The notes under the pieces: model-generated
Seen by the model: the letters and a program-made list of their open reading frames with translations, nothing else
Told to the model about the DNA's origin: nothing
Databases searched by the model: none
In this document: positions 24,298 to 36,105 of the stretch, in pieces
How the letters are laid out: each line of letters opens with the position of its first letter
Position numbering within the stretch: the stretch's first letter is position 1
Assembly (NCBI GenBank): GCA_013265495.1
Contig: MU058337.1
Location: 2,200,686 to 2,264,685, forward strand
Direction: 5' to 3'
DNA length: 64,000 nt
Source of the DNA: Vicugna vicugna
Taxonomy: Eukaryota
Program-made: the position numbers and the translations under genes

Positions 24298-25652
24298 TTA
24301 GTGGCAGTCTTTGCTATGGATGGGCAATTAATTAAAGGCTGTTTATTTCTCAGAATGTTCTTGGCTTGTATCGCTTTTGTATGCTCATTGATAATATCAC
24401 ATGAAATGTCTTTTTGCATCTATTGAACGGCATCCTCAAGAACGCCATCCACTGTAGCACACACATTTTCCTTTTTGTATAAGCATGTTGTCATTATGAA
24501 GGAGAAGCTGTTCTTTGCCCGAACAACAGCTTTATTTTGTCTTACGGACATCACAAAAGTTATGATTTACTGCATTTTCATCCTCGCTACATCTTTTAGG
24601 AAATGAAGGCTTCCTTTCTCAGTCAGCTGCTAGCAGCTGCATAGTGTCATTTGGTAATAATGTTTGGTGTTAATCTTACTGCTGATTTATTATTTTTCTA
24701 CTTCTAAATAATTGGACACCTGGGGAACTCGTATCAAAAAAATATAAGCCAACCTCTTAAAAGGTTCATGTAGCAAGTCACCTTGGAACAGATTTTTGTT
24801 ATTAACGGGGGTGAAAAAAAAAAAAGAATCACTTGAGTGGTCTCCCTTATATGGCTGTCCCGCATCAAGGAGACCATGAGATCTTTTGTCTTTTTCCTTG
24901 GGCCTCTGGGTTAGGAGGTAACTCATTTGCACAAAGATCCTGGGGATCCTTTGGGAGGAAAATTGTGGTGATCCCTCACAAAGTTTGAAAAAGTGATGGA
25001 ATGGACTGGAGTAGTGTTTGGGAAAGTTTTCCAAGAGTATGACCCAGGAACTTCAGGAGGACCCCCCCCCCGACTCCCAGAAGTGCAGGAACAGCCTGGC
25101 TTGACACTTGTTTTCAACGTCTGATACCCCCTGGGAGAGGTTGATTCTGGTCCACAGGGTTGCCGGCTCTGGAGAGTCTGAGCGCCAGCTACTCTAGCCT
25201 GATGGGCTTCTTTGAGGAGTAAGTGAAGAAGCACTTGAAAGTAAATTTTAGAAGTTTTAACCATGGAACCCATGTATATGACACATCTTAGCCTGTGGGG
25301 CCAGAAATGCTAAGTGTCCTTCAGACTGTGTCTGGCAGCCCCAGGAGACCCAGTTCTAGCAGGTAAAGATTAAAATTCCTCTTCCTTCACTCTGGCTGAA
25401 GGATGCATGCTTACATGGAATGGGTTGACCCTGGGGTTCTTGGACATGGGGGGGTCTTTGTTTGATTTGTTGATTGATTGTTTGAGGGGAAATGGTAATA
25501 ATACCAAGTGGGGAAAGTAAATGGATTAAGACTTGTTATTAATAAAGTAAAATGAATATGCTCATGAATAGAGTTAGATTATTTTTAAAATTTCTACCCT
25601 ATTCTCTCAGCTCTTTATCTTGTTCTTTCATGTGTTTTTGTTCAGTATAAGT

Positions 25653-26188
25653 GTTTTTATTTTTTTAACATTGTTATTGATTTATAATCATTTTACAATG
25701 TTGTGGCAAATTCCAGTGTAGAGCACAATTATTCAGTTACACATGAACATATATATATTCATTGTCACATTTTTTTCTCTGTGAGCTACCATAAGATCTT
25801 TTGTATATAATCTTGTTTATCTCTTCTACAATTTTGAAATCCCGTCTATCCCTTCCCATCCTCCGCCCCCTTGGCAACCACAAATTTGTATTCTATGTCT
25901 GTGAGTCTATTTCTGTTTTGTATTTATGCTTTGTTTGTTTGGTTGTTTTAGGTTTCACATATGAGCGATCTCATATGGTATTTTTCTTTCTCTTTCTGGC
26001 TTACTTCACTTAGAATGACATTCTCCAGGAGCATCCATGTTGCTGCAAATGGCGTTATGTTGTTGGTTTTTATGGCTGAGTAGTAGTCCATTGTATAAAT
26101 ATACCACATCTTCTTTATCCAGTCATCTGTTGATGGACATTTAGGCTGTTTCCATGTCGTGGCTATTGTAAATAATGCTGCTATGAAC
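25653..26188 (-). mobile_element. 5'-truncated LINE-1 3'UTR fragment (young, lineage-specific)
   Basis: T-rich tail then L1 3'UTR. Shares long near-identical stretches with 11600-11820 ('tggcttacttcacttagaatgacattctccagg', 'cagtcatctgttgatggacatttaggctgttt'). Confidence 0.93.
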
Positions 26189-27639
26189 TCATGTTAGTTT
26201 TGAAAACTACTTTAGGCTTTTATAGATCAGGTGGGTTTATTAATTAAATGCATCATTTAGGTGCAGAAATGTATATTATCTCTATTCTAGAGGCAGAATA
26301 TTATCATTCATGACTGCATTGTTGCCTAAGGGATCTGGAAGAAAATCATGATTCTAATGATTGACATCTTTTTAGAATGGATTCTTCCATAGAAGCAAGC
26401 ACATCCAGAGACCATGATCTGAAAGTTGGATAATACTTCTAAAACACAATGCAGAAAAAAATGTCAATATTGGCAGTTGCTAATGATCCCTATGAAACAC
26501 CTAAACAAAATAAAGAATGAAAAATGACTCCATTTAATTGATACTTCTGGGAAATTCAGGTAGGTGTTGAAGTCATTTTAGGTCCTGGGCAAGTTACCAG
26601 ATGGTATAATCTGTATCTTTTTTCATTCCTGTAAGCCTGAAATATATGATATTTTAAATACTTTCTTTATGTATTGTGTTAAATCAGGAAATAGTCTCTT
26701 GGGTTGGTGTTTGAGATGGCCGTGGAAAAAGCATTCTGGTTTGATTGCTATGATGTTGTTGGTCACCATATATCTGTGACATTGAGATACAAGATTGTGA
26801 GGAATATACAAATAAATAAGTGGTCATTTCAAAAAATGTAACATTTTCTGAGAAAGTTAAATTTTCCTTGATTTTCACTATTTTTCTGTATCACCTATTT
26901 TATCAGCCCTAAGCTGATAGATACTTATATTTATAATCAATTGCCAGTAATAGACAGCTTAAACTAGTTTTGAATGACCTTTGTAAATCAACTTGTATAA
27001 ATGACAACACTAATAGTAAAAACAAAACAAAACAAAGCAAAACTGAAAAGGGTTCTTAGTGTTTGGATCTGACCCAAAATGACTATTAAAGTTGTAAATT
27101 TTCCCATTAAATTGATAACAATGTAAGCAGCTCTCTCTATCAGTGGAAATGCTGACATAATTCTGAGTAATAACACCCTTTCCAAGGGGCTTTGATATGT
27201 TGACTATGCCTTTTATGAGCCTGAGTGTGTTTCTGATTTTGAGGAATGTGTTGATGGATGGTGCTGACCTGGAGGGCTACCTTGCTTGCCTAAGAGTACC
27301 CTTCTCAGCAGATGTGCAGCCTGACACAGTGCTAGGGTGTTACCCTCAGTTTTGTTTGATGCTCTTCATGATCTTTCAGAGTTGGCATCCAGTGCATCAC
27401 TGAGGACAGCTCGGCCGTAGCAGTCTGCCTTGGTACCTATTGGAGCTAGTGACTGAGCCCCTCTCTCCGTAAGAGGGGCAGGCTGTTGTCCTATGATAAC
27501 TCTTGCCCTCTCACTGGTGGGTCTATTGGTGAGAATCATCCAAGTTTGCTGATTTGGTTATAGTGATGGCTGCCTGGTGTGCGCATTGTAAAGACACATT
27601 TCTTGGGCAAGTAATAGGTAATGTGAATGCCCTTATCTC

Positions 27640-27790
27640 AAGAACTTCCATCCAGTGGTTTTTAGTACCCAATGGTTTGTCCTTGCCAAAACAAGTTGTT
27701 ATGTGGATTGCAAAGTGGTGTTATTTCTAATTTTGTTGTATCCTGTGTGTTTACTAGGTGGCAACCTTCTGTAAAAATTTTTTCTCTTTA
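27640..27790 (-). mobile_element. Old L1MC-like 3' fragment
   Basis: 'ccagtggtttttagtacccaatgg...ccttgcc...ttgcaaagtggtgttatttctaatt...tttactaggtggcaaccttctgtaaa'. Confidence 0.55.
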
Positions 27791-28889
27791 AAAATATATA
27801 TTTTTATCTTTTAAGTTACGTGTTTAGAGTATTTAAATATTTTGAAATTTTCAAAATTTTAAAGAAATATTCTAAAGTAGGATATTTTCTGTAATATCTT
27901 TGAACATGTTTTGATAAGCATAGATAAAATGCATATTACATGAAATCATAAAAATCTTTTCAATTTTGAAAAAAATGTATATACTTTTTCTTTTCAACTA
28001 AGTTTTGTTGAAGGTAGAAAGAAGTAAAAATCTATGCCTTGAGTTTCAATTTTCTGTTCCTGCTAAGAAATACATGTCTATAGAAGTGAATTCTTCATTC
28101 ATCCAACCAGCCTGTCTTGAGGACCTGCTATATCATCAGGGTGTGATGCTAGCTATGAATCTGGTGTAACTTGTGTTTTTGCCTCCACTTATGAAATAGG
28201 AATTTTTAAAATACATTAAAAATATATGTGCACATAATATATGTATAAACATATGCTTTATGATGTAAGATTATATATACATATTTTATATGTGTATATG
28301 ATTTCCTCAATCATTTATATGGGCTGACGGTCAGTAAGCATACAGTTCTCCTGGTCACAGATGACCATGTCAATTGTATGTGTTATAACACATTTTTTAT
28401 TAATGGGAGTTAAATGAAGTCTCAACATCTAAATCTCAGAAACTCCCATGGAGATCCAGATGATTGAATAGAGTACATGATATGCTTAAAAGGTTGATTT
28501 TGTTGTTGTTGACAATTGATCATTTCCATGGAAAATTTCCTTATCATAAAAGTTCAAATTGTCATGTTAACTAACAGAATGTAAAGGTGGTGGTTCCCAT
28601 TCTGCAGTCCAGTATCTTCTTTCCGTTAGACTCACGTGGCAGAGTTTTCCAGAAACATCATTTATAAATATAGAAGAAAGACACCATCTGCTTTTCAGTG
28701 ATCTTGCTGACTTGCTTTTGCCTAGTGTTTTAGCATCTCCTGACTGAATTGCCATAGTTTCCATAGCCTCATCTAATAAAGGATATTTATAGCATATGTA
28801 ATAATGAAGATACATTCTTTGAGGACTTTTACGGAGATACAAACACTGGTTTAGTAAAATTCTTATGAAGTGTAACAGATGGAGAAAGC

Positions 28890-29070
28890 ACAGATTCTGG
28901 AGTGAGAAGCACATGGCCTTAATTTTCACTCCACGGTTTATGAGCTCTGTGATTTAGTCAAGTTGCTTGATTTCTCTGAACATCGGTCTTCTCATCCATA
29001 AAGAGGAGATGCTAACGCCAAACAAACATTTCTGGAAATGATGTGTGCAAAGGGCCTGACACATAGTAGG
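28890..29070 (+). mobile_element. MIR SINE, interrupted at its 3' end by an LTR
   Basis: 'gctctgtgatttagtcaagttgcttgatttctctgaacatcggtcttctcatccataaa...gcctgacacatagtagg'. Confidence 0.75.
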
Positions 29071-29441
29071 TGTATGAGTCAGGTTTCCCCAGAGCAGTAG
29101 AATCAGTACGAGATGCCAGGCTGGCAGGTCTGAGTCCTGCAGAGCAGGCATCAGGCTGGAGACCCATGGAGCTGGTGTTGCAGCTGAGGCTGAGGGCATC
29201 TGGAAGCAGACTGCCCTCTACCTCCTCCTCCTCGGGACTTGTCAGTCTTTCTCTCTTCTGGTCTTCAGATGACTGGATGAGGTCATCCTTTTACGGAGAG
29301 GAATCTGCTTTACTCAGAGTCCACTGGTTTACATGTTATCTCAGCTTAAAAACACCTTCATAGCAATATATGGGCTGGTATGTTTGATCAGCTTTCTGGG
29401 TCCTGTGCTCTACACAAAATGACATAAAATAAACCACCACA
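29071..29441 (-). mobile_element. ERVL solo LTR, MLT2-like, with 5-bp TSD
   Basis: TG...CA termini and GTAGG duplicated at 29066-29070 and 29442-29446. MLT2 segments 'gactggatgagg', 'aatctgctttactcagagtccactg', 'gacataaaataaaccaccaca'. Confidence 0.88.
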
Positions 29442-32400
29442 GTAGGTCTGCTTTGAAAAGTACCTACACTTGCTAAAACGCCCTAGAATTCTACTTACAA
29501 GACCTGTCTGGAGAGCCTCAGTTCCCTGCAGACTCTCCGCCTCTTCCTGGCGGTGGCTTGGATATTGTCACCTATTGGCTCCTCTCACTTCCTGTTTCAC
29601 TGTTGTTTCATTGCCGTTTCTGTGTGCATAGTACTGTTGAGGCCAAGGGAGCTGCTGGCTGCACGTGTCCCAAAGCCACTCGCTGATGAGGCAAGTGGTA
29701 CCTGACTCCATACACAAGACAGGAAAACACCTCTTCCCCATTCCTCGTGTCCTGCTTTGCCACCTGTGCCCTAACATAACACTTTTTATTTGCCAGAGAC
29801 TCATAAAAATCTATTACAAAAATACACACTTCAACAGTTTGGCCTTTCTCTCATTTGGTGCTTTAAACAGTCCCTCAAAGAAAGGATAGTGTTGCTGGAC
29901 CAGTCACGTCCATTTGGGCTGTATCCCGCCACGTGCATCAAACTCCCTTCTCTGTCTTTAAAGGACCCTCCCCTCTCCCAGCGGAAGACCAGCATAGGGC
30001 ATAGTTCTCCCCGGAAATCCATCAAGGCATGCAGATCACTTTAGAGATGAGTGCTCCCAGACCTCCCCCAACCAAATTCAAATTCTAGGTGAGCTCAGCT
30101 GATGCATTCTTAAGAATAATTATTCTACTTACTTTACAAACGCCATGTAAACTGTGAGATGAGTACCAGCATTATAATTCACTTTAAAGATAATTCTGAG
30201 GTGTAAAACAAATAGGACTGAACATCCATATCCTTTAATTACAGAATCCACATGTTCTCCAAACTTTATCTCATTCCACTCAGGAAAACAGCTGAGTATC
30301 TTCATTCCGCCCCCCACCTGCCCATCAAATGTTTTTTATTATCATGTTCAAAGCTTTTGATTAAGTTGGCATTGTAGGAAACCCTTTTCTATTTTCTTTC
30401 ATGTTTTTCTTGACAAGCCTGAATCGGTAATTCTGACTGGTACTACAGGCTCATGTTTTTGGATACGTTCATTTATCATGGAGTGAGTCACTCTGCTGTT
30501 TTTGTTTCCATATTACTCTGAAAGGCACCCACAGAAACATTACAAGAATGCGGGGTTACACCAAATACATTCTTATACTGGGTCTGTACTATGTCTCTGC
30601 AGTTAATCTGTCCAACACAACATCATCTCTGAATCACAGGAGGGAATGGCTAGGGGTACAAGTGTGGGCTCGGATAAAACAATTTTCTGCCACCCTGAAT
30701 GATCACCCCACATTTAATCTGAAGACAGATGTTCGAAAAAAGTTATTTTTTATCACCTCTGTCCTGGTTCTCTAATAGTGAAATTTTTAAACTGGTACTT
30801 CTTTCTTTTTTATTTGCTTTTACTGTTTCCTTAATTTTAAATCCTAAACCTCTGGGTGTTTTGTTTTAAAAAGAAGTCTCAATTTCCCACTTGCTTTATG
30901 CTTTCTTAACCATTTGCACGTTTGCTAAAAGGAAAGGAGAATCTATACAATAGTTGTGCATGAAAGGAGACTTTATAGTGCTATATCAAAAATATAATAA
31001 AATGAAAGTTAATCATCAGTATTCCAAATGTAAGTTGATGGATGTAATTTATTTATCTGAATATGTACAAGTAAACCCATAGGAAACAGAATTTAGATGC
31101 CATTTTTGACTCAGGTTCCTTGATTTAAATGGTAACAGAGGTTCTGTTATCTGGAAAGGCTCAGGTTTTTCATAGGGAAATGCAGGAGTCATTCCAAATG
31201 TGTAAGGGAGTAGCACAGTTCTTTCACATCACATTTTTCTTGGAAACCTAACATAGAAACAAAAGCACACAAAGGGAGCTCTCCTATTTAAAGTGTGAGA
31301 AGAGGGTAGCGGGTGCCAGATCCCACCTCATCAGCCTCCTTCCGTAATGCTGAGATGCCCCTGACCCCCATGCTGGGTCCCAGGAGTTCAGATGAAAACC
31401 CTGCACTAGAAGCAACTGGGAATTTAGATCATGAATGGAAATGTATGATTCAGCCACTGCTCTCCCCTGTTACCCACCAGCTCTTCTGGAAGGTGGTCTC
31501 TGAATCGGTTCCTTCAAGTCTTTGGAAGGGTCTCTGTAGAGATTGCCCTGTGGGTGCTTTCTGGCCAGTGCTTGGAGGTCAGCCGAGGATGGTGAATACT
31601 GAACGGAACATGCTAGAACCATGTGTTCATATTCCCCAAACAATCTCCACGCTGGAAGGGAGGATGGATTTTCTTCTGTTTGCTTCATTAAAAAAATAGT
31701 GCCAGTGATTGAGTCTAGATTCCTTCCAGCTTCAGTTATTTCCCCACATTTGATGGACACTCAAATGCTTAATAACAAAATTGATAACCCTTCCCTCAGA
31801 ATTGTTGTTTGCCTTATAAGGTTGGTAGAAATGAGAATGTATGTTTTTAAATTCTGAAGGCAGTCTTAATGTATCCATAGAGAATAACGTGCTTTATCCT
31901 CTTTTCTCACTTGTGTATGTATTTGAACAAGGATTACTTAAAAGTTTCCTCACATCGGTAGAAATCACTGAGCTAGAGATTGCTTATTGAAAAATTCATG
32001 GGCATAATGTATCTTCAAAAGGGTGATATGATTATTATTTTTCTGGACTAACATTAAGGGATTTATAAAAATAGATCTGTCTACTGATGAACCACAGTGA
32101 TTAAAAATTTTTGAAACGGTTGAGTTTTTCCTCTTGGAAAGTATGTAATGACTCAGTGGCCACGCATCACTGATTATCAGTGAGGAGATGACTGTGCTGG
32201 GTGAGACTTAACCGAGGTGTCCTTCCCGGTGGCCCTACCAAATTAAGGAGGGTATGAAAAAAATCCACACACACGACTGGTTTATTTATCAGAGGGTACA
32301 AAGCAATAGACTGATTTACCTGAAGTCAAATTTGATAATTTTTATATAGTATTTTGTTGTGAATTCAATACATTAACCCTTATTATTGCAGTTAGAAAAT

Positions 32401-33999
32401 TAAACTGAAATCTATATTATGAAATGTCATGAACTAAAAACTGGCAGCTGTATCAAACAGCTGCAAAAAAGAAGAGTGTCCGATTTTGATGATTTCATAT
32501 AAAATTGAAATGCTATGGAATAATCCTCATGGTGAATTATATGTTTTGTCACACACACACATACACACACAAAATCAAAACAAAACAAAAATGTCTTCAA
32601 CAATAGTTAAGAATAAAAAACTTGGTTTGGAAAAATCGAGGTATTTGGCACTGATTTAAATGTACAAATTTCCTAGCGCACTTTATGTTTAGCATGTTAA
32701 CATAATACTGAATTTAATAGAGAGGCACTCCGTTTCTTACTGATGTAAATATATTTAAGCAATAATGTATCTATTTAGAATCAATTTTCATTAATGAGGC
32801 CAGTGCACCCTCTGTCTGAATGGTCCGGATTTGGGGCAAGTCACTTTGGCAGCTGCATTAGCTCTTTCAGGCCACCTGAGGACCTACTTAGTGAATTAAA
32901 CGGTGCCTCTAATAAATGAAAAGAACTCACGTGACTTATAGTGACACCAGTTTATAAGAACTGTGAGAAACCATTTAAACTAGAATTAGCATCTTTGAAT
33001 GAAGTAGCATAGAACTCAGTTTAAAATCTTTAATAACATACAACTTTTGTTATTTCCTAATTTTGTCGCATTTCAATTTGAATGTTTTTCCCAAAATATT
33101 TTGAACACAGTCATTTGATTCTTTAAAAAGATTAGACCAAAACATGCAGAAGTCCCCTAAGCAATACATTTTTAAACTGAAATCATAATTAGTCAGAAGG
33201 GAAAAATCATTTTCGTGAAAAATAAAATTCAAAAAAGCTAAACGTTAACTCAAGTTTCTCTTTGCCCTTTGCACATTCTTTCTATGTGATATCATTCTCT
33301 ATATATTTTTGAGTGCATATTTCCAAAGAAATTACGTTTTTGCTTAATGTAAAATTCTAGGCAATTAGATGCAAAAGTGTAGTAAAGCAACATGAAAGTT
33401 GCCAATTTAAACACAGGGAAGCAAAACAGTCCAGGCGGTAAAGGTCTGACAGTTACGTTAACTACACGCTCAGCACCGCCCACTAGGTGGACAGACACAG
33501 GGCTATTTTCACAGTCATGGAGGAGCTCTAAGTGAAACAGAGTTGAACTTACCTCTGCTAGAAAAACAACGTGATTCCCAGATACTTTTCTGACTCTCCA
33601 CACCTGAAACAGTTTGCCAAAATGATGAAAAGATGTAAATGTTCTCAAGGTAAACAGATCTAATATAAACAGTCCGTGAAGCTGCATGAAGGCGTTCTCA
33701 GGCAGGCAAACGTGGGCATGACGTTTGATGATGGCTGTTTTCGGGGCTAGAGAAGGTTACTTTCTAAAAAATAAATATGTAAATTGTTAACAAAAGAACT
33801 TTAACTTATAAACAAATTAATAAGTTACTAAACAAACTAAACTGTCCACCTGGGTTACTTCTTGCAGCAAACTGCTCGTAGCACCCAGCGAAGCCTAGAA
33901 GCAGCTGAAACATGATACACTTGGCAGTGTGATGTTTTCCTAATCAAAGATCCGAATGTTTTTCACTTGTAGGCACTGAGCGGCAATACAGACACAAAT

Positions 34000-34176
34000 A
34001 ACCAGACAGACCTGAGTTCACGTTCTGATTTGCAGTTGGATACTGGAAGGCAAGTAGTTTCTGATCCTGAATTTCCTCATCTATACAATTAAAAGGGTAC
34101 GTTATCATGTTCCAGTGAAGAGTAAGGAGGATAATATAAAGAAAGCATTATGCACGTGTAGGGCCTGATACAGGAG
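34000..34176 (+). mobile_element. MIR SINE
   Basis: 'cagacagacctgagttca', 'ggcaagt', 'tttcctcatctatacaat'. Confidence 0.7.
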
Positions 34177-34589
34177 ATACAACAAACTGCAGAGTGATCG
34201 TCATGATTTTTATTTTAGACAGTAGCTTGCCAGAGGTTTTTTAAAATGTGGTGCTTTGAGAATTTTATTTAAGAATATGCATACAGTTACCAAGTAGACA
34301 GACATCCGAGATTTTGTAACATAGTCTGGAAATAAAGTCCACACGGAACTTTCCTACCCTGCTGTTAGTATTTACTTTTCCCTTATTACATAAATATTGA
34401 TTGTCCCTTTCCCAGCTTTCCCTCTCAAGTTTACTTAAAAACACCTATTGAGAGTATTTACTGTGTCCCTAACACTCAGCGGAGGATGAAGTAGTGAAAG
34501 AAACATAACCCTGACCAGTGGTGTTTGTACTATTATTTAACAGGTGGTAAGAGAAAAGCTGCGTAGCTTCTGAAAGTTAAAATGAAGTT

Positions 34590-35600
34590 TGATTTCTGCT
34601 TCATGCCTTATACCTAATGTGTTCCCCAAACATCAAAGCAGCGATGTCACAGCAGTGCTAGAGGAGACCGTAGGAGTCACTGGTTTTGTTTTGTTTTTAT
34701 GATCACAGAGTAGAGAAAGCCATTTTTGATATAACATAAAACACAAAAATCATAAAATACTGATATATTTGACCATAGAAAATTAAAAATACCTATATTG
34801 AAAAATAGAAAATCTAAAAACTAAGTGGCAAACTTGGAAAAATTGAGACATGAATTAAACAAATGCCTAATTTCCTTAATACTTTAATATATTAAAGAGA
34901 TTCTAAACATTTAGTTAAGTGGGAAAAACAGTTCATTAGAATCATGGGCAAAGGTTATGAACAAAAAGTTTCCAAAACAGTCTTCCAGATAAGTCAAAGT
35001 GTGCTCAAGTTTTCTCACAGCGAGAGAAGCGAGAAAGTCAGGGCAGCGGTGGTTCACTTACTGGACCGGCACAGAGTGAAACCTTTAGTGATGCACCTTG
35101 TCCCGAGGCTGTGGGAAAACAGACCCTTACCCATGGCTGTGAATGTCAGTGATCTCTCTGCAGGACTATTCAGCTACATCCATCAAAACTTCACAGCAGT
35201 AACTTTTCTACCTACTGATTCTACTACTTAGTGGGGAGTCTACAGGTATGCCCCCAAAATTAGATCAAGCAAGAAGAATTACTGGTCTCATTTGTATTAC
35301 TAAAAGAACAAAAATAACCTCATGTGAAGAAAGGTGATCAGATAATAATTACGAGACTCCTGTTTAATGAAATAGTAGGCATTCCTTAAAAAGAGTAAGA
35401 GGCTCTTATGTGTCCGTATGGAGTTATCTTCCAGATATGATTTTAGTGCATGCTTGTGCCATGTGCAAAATTTTGTGATTATCTCTGGAGAGAGACTCAG
35501 GAAAATGATTGTCTGAATGCAGGAAAACCAGGTGCTCGGAAATAGTAGTGGGGACAGGGAAAACTGGTATTTTTTCCCTACCCCTTGCACATTTTAAATC
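34590..35600 (+). mobile_element. Old L1ME-like ORF2 3'/3'UTR remnant
   Basis: 'tgatatatttgaccatagaaaattaaaaa', 'atgggcaaaggttatgaaca', 'gaggctgtgggaaaacagaccctt' are decayed L1 ORF2 end motifs. Confidence 0.65.
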
Positions 35601-36024
35601 TCACCTTACATGTACTAGTATTCACAAAGTAAATACATCTTTTAAAAGTTGATGTGATTACTGTGTTTTAGTCAAAAACATAGTTAAAATAAAAATACCG
35701 CTGTAGTTACAAACTGCACACATTGAAGAGCACTGCTAGGAAGTATCCACATTTTATAGGCAATTATATTAGAGTTCTGAGAGCTTAACTATCTTCTCCA
35801 TGCCATCCAAATATTGACAAAAGAGTAAATTCAAATTCAGCTCTCTCTACAAAATTCTGCCTCTTAGTTTTGTTATTTTATACCCCCATATTCTACTTCT
35901 TAAACATTCTGCACGTTTGCAGCTCTGTGATATGTGGCAATAAAATTCAACAAAAAGAACTGGATTTAATTTCTTTAATTGGACTTGATTGTTTTAATAA
36001 AATTTGACAGGAATGCCCCAGTTT

Positions 36025-36105
36025 GAATATAGTGTCTGGCACGTGGCATATGCTCAGGATATATTTGTTAAATGAATAGATAAATGAGTAAAAGAATGAA
36101 TGACT
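36025..36105 (+). mobile_element. L2 3' end
   Basis: 'atagtgtctggcacgtggcatatgctcaggatatatttgttaaatgaata'. Confidence 0.7.

Noticed and set aside
25628..26202. TSD for the 25.7-kb L1 (tcatgtgttttt vs tcatgttagtttt)
   Set aside because: Only 6 exact bases and not adjacent to the tail; not convincing.
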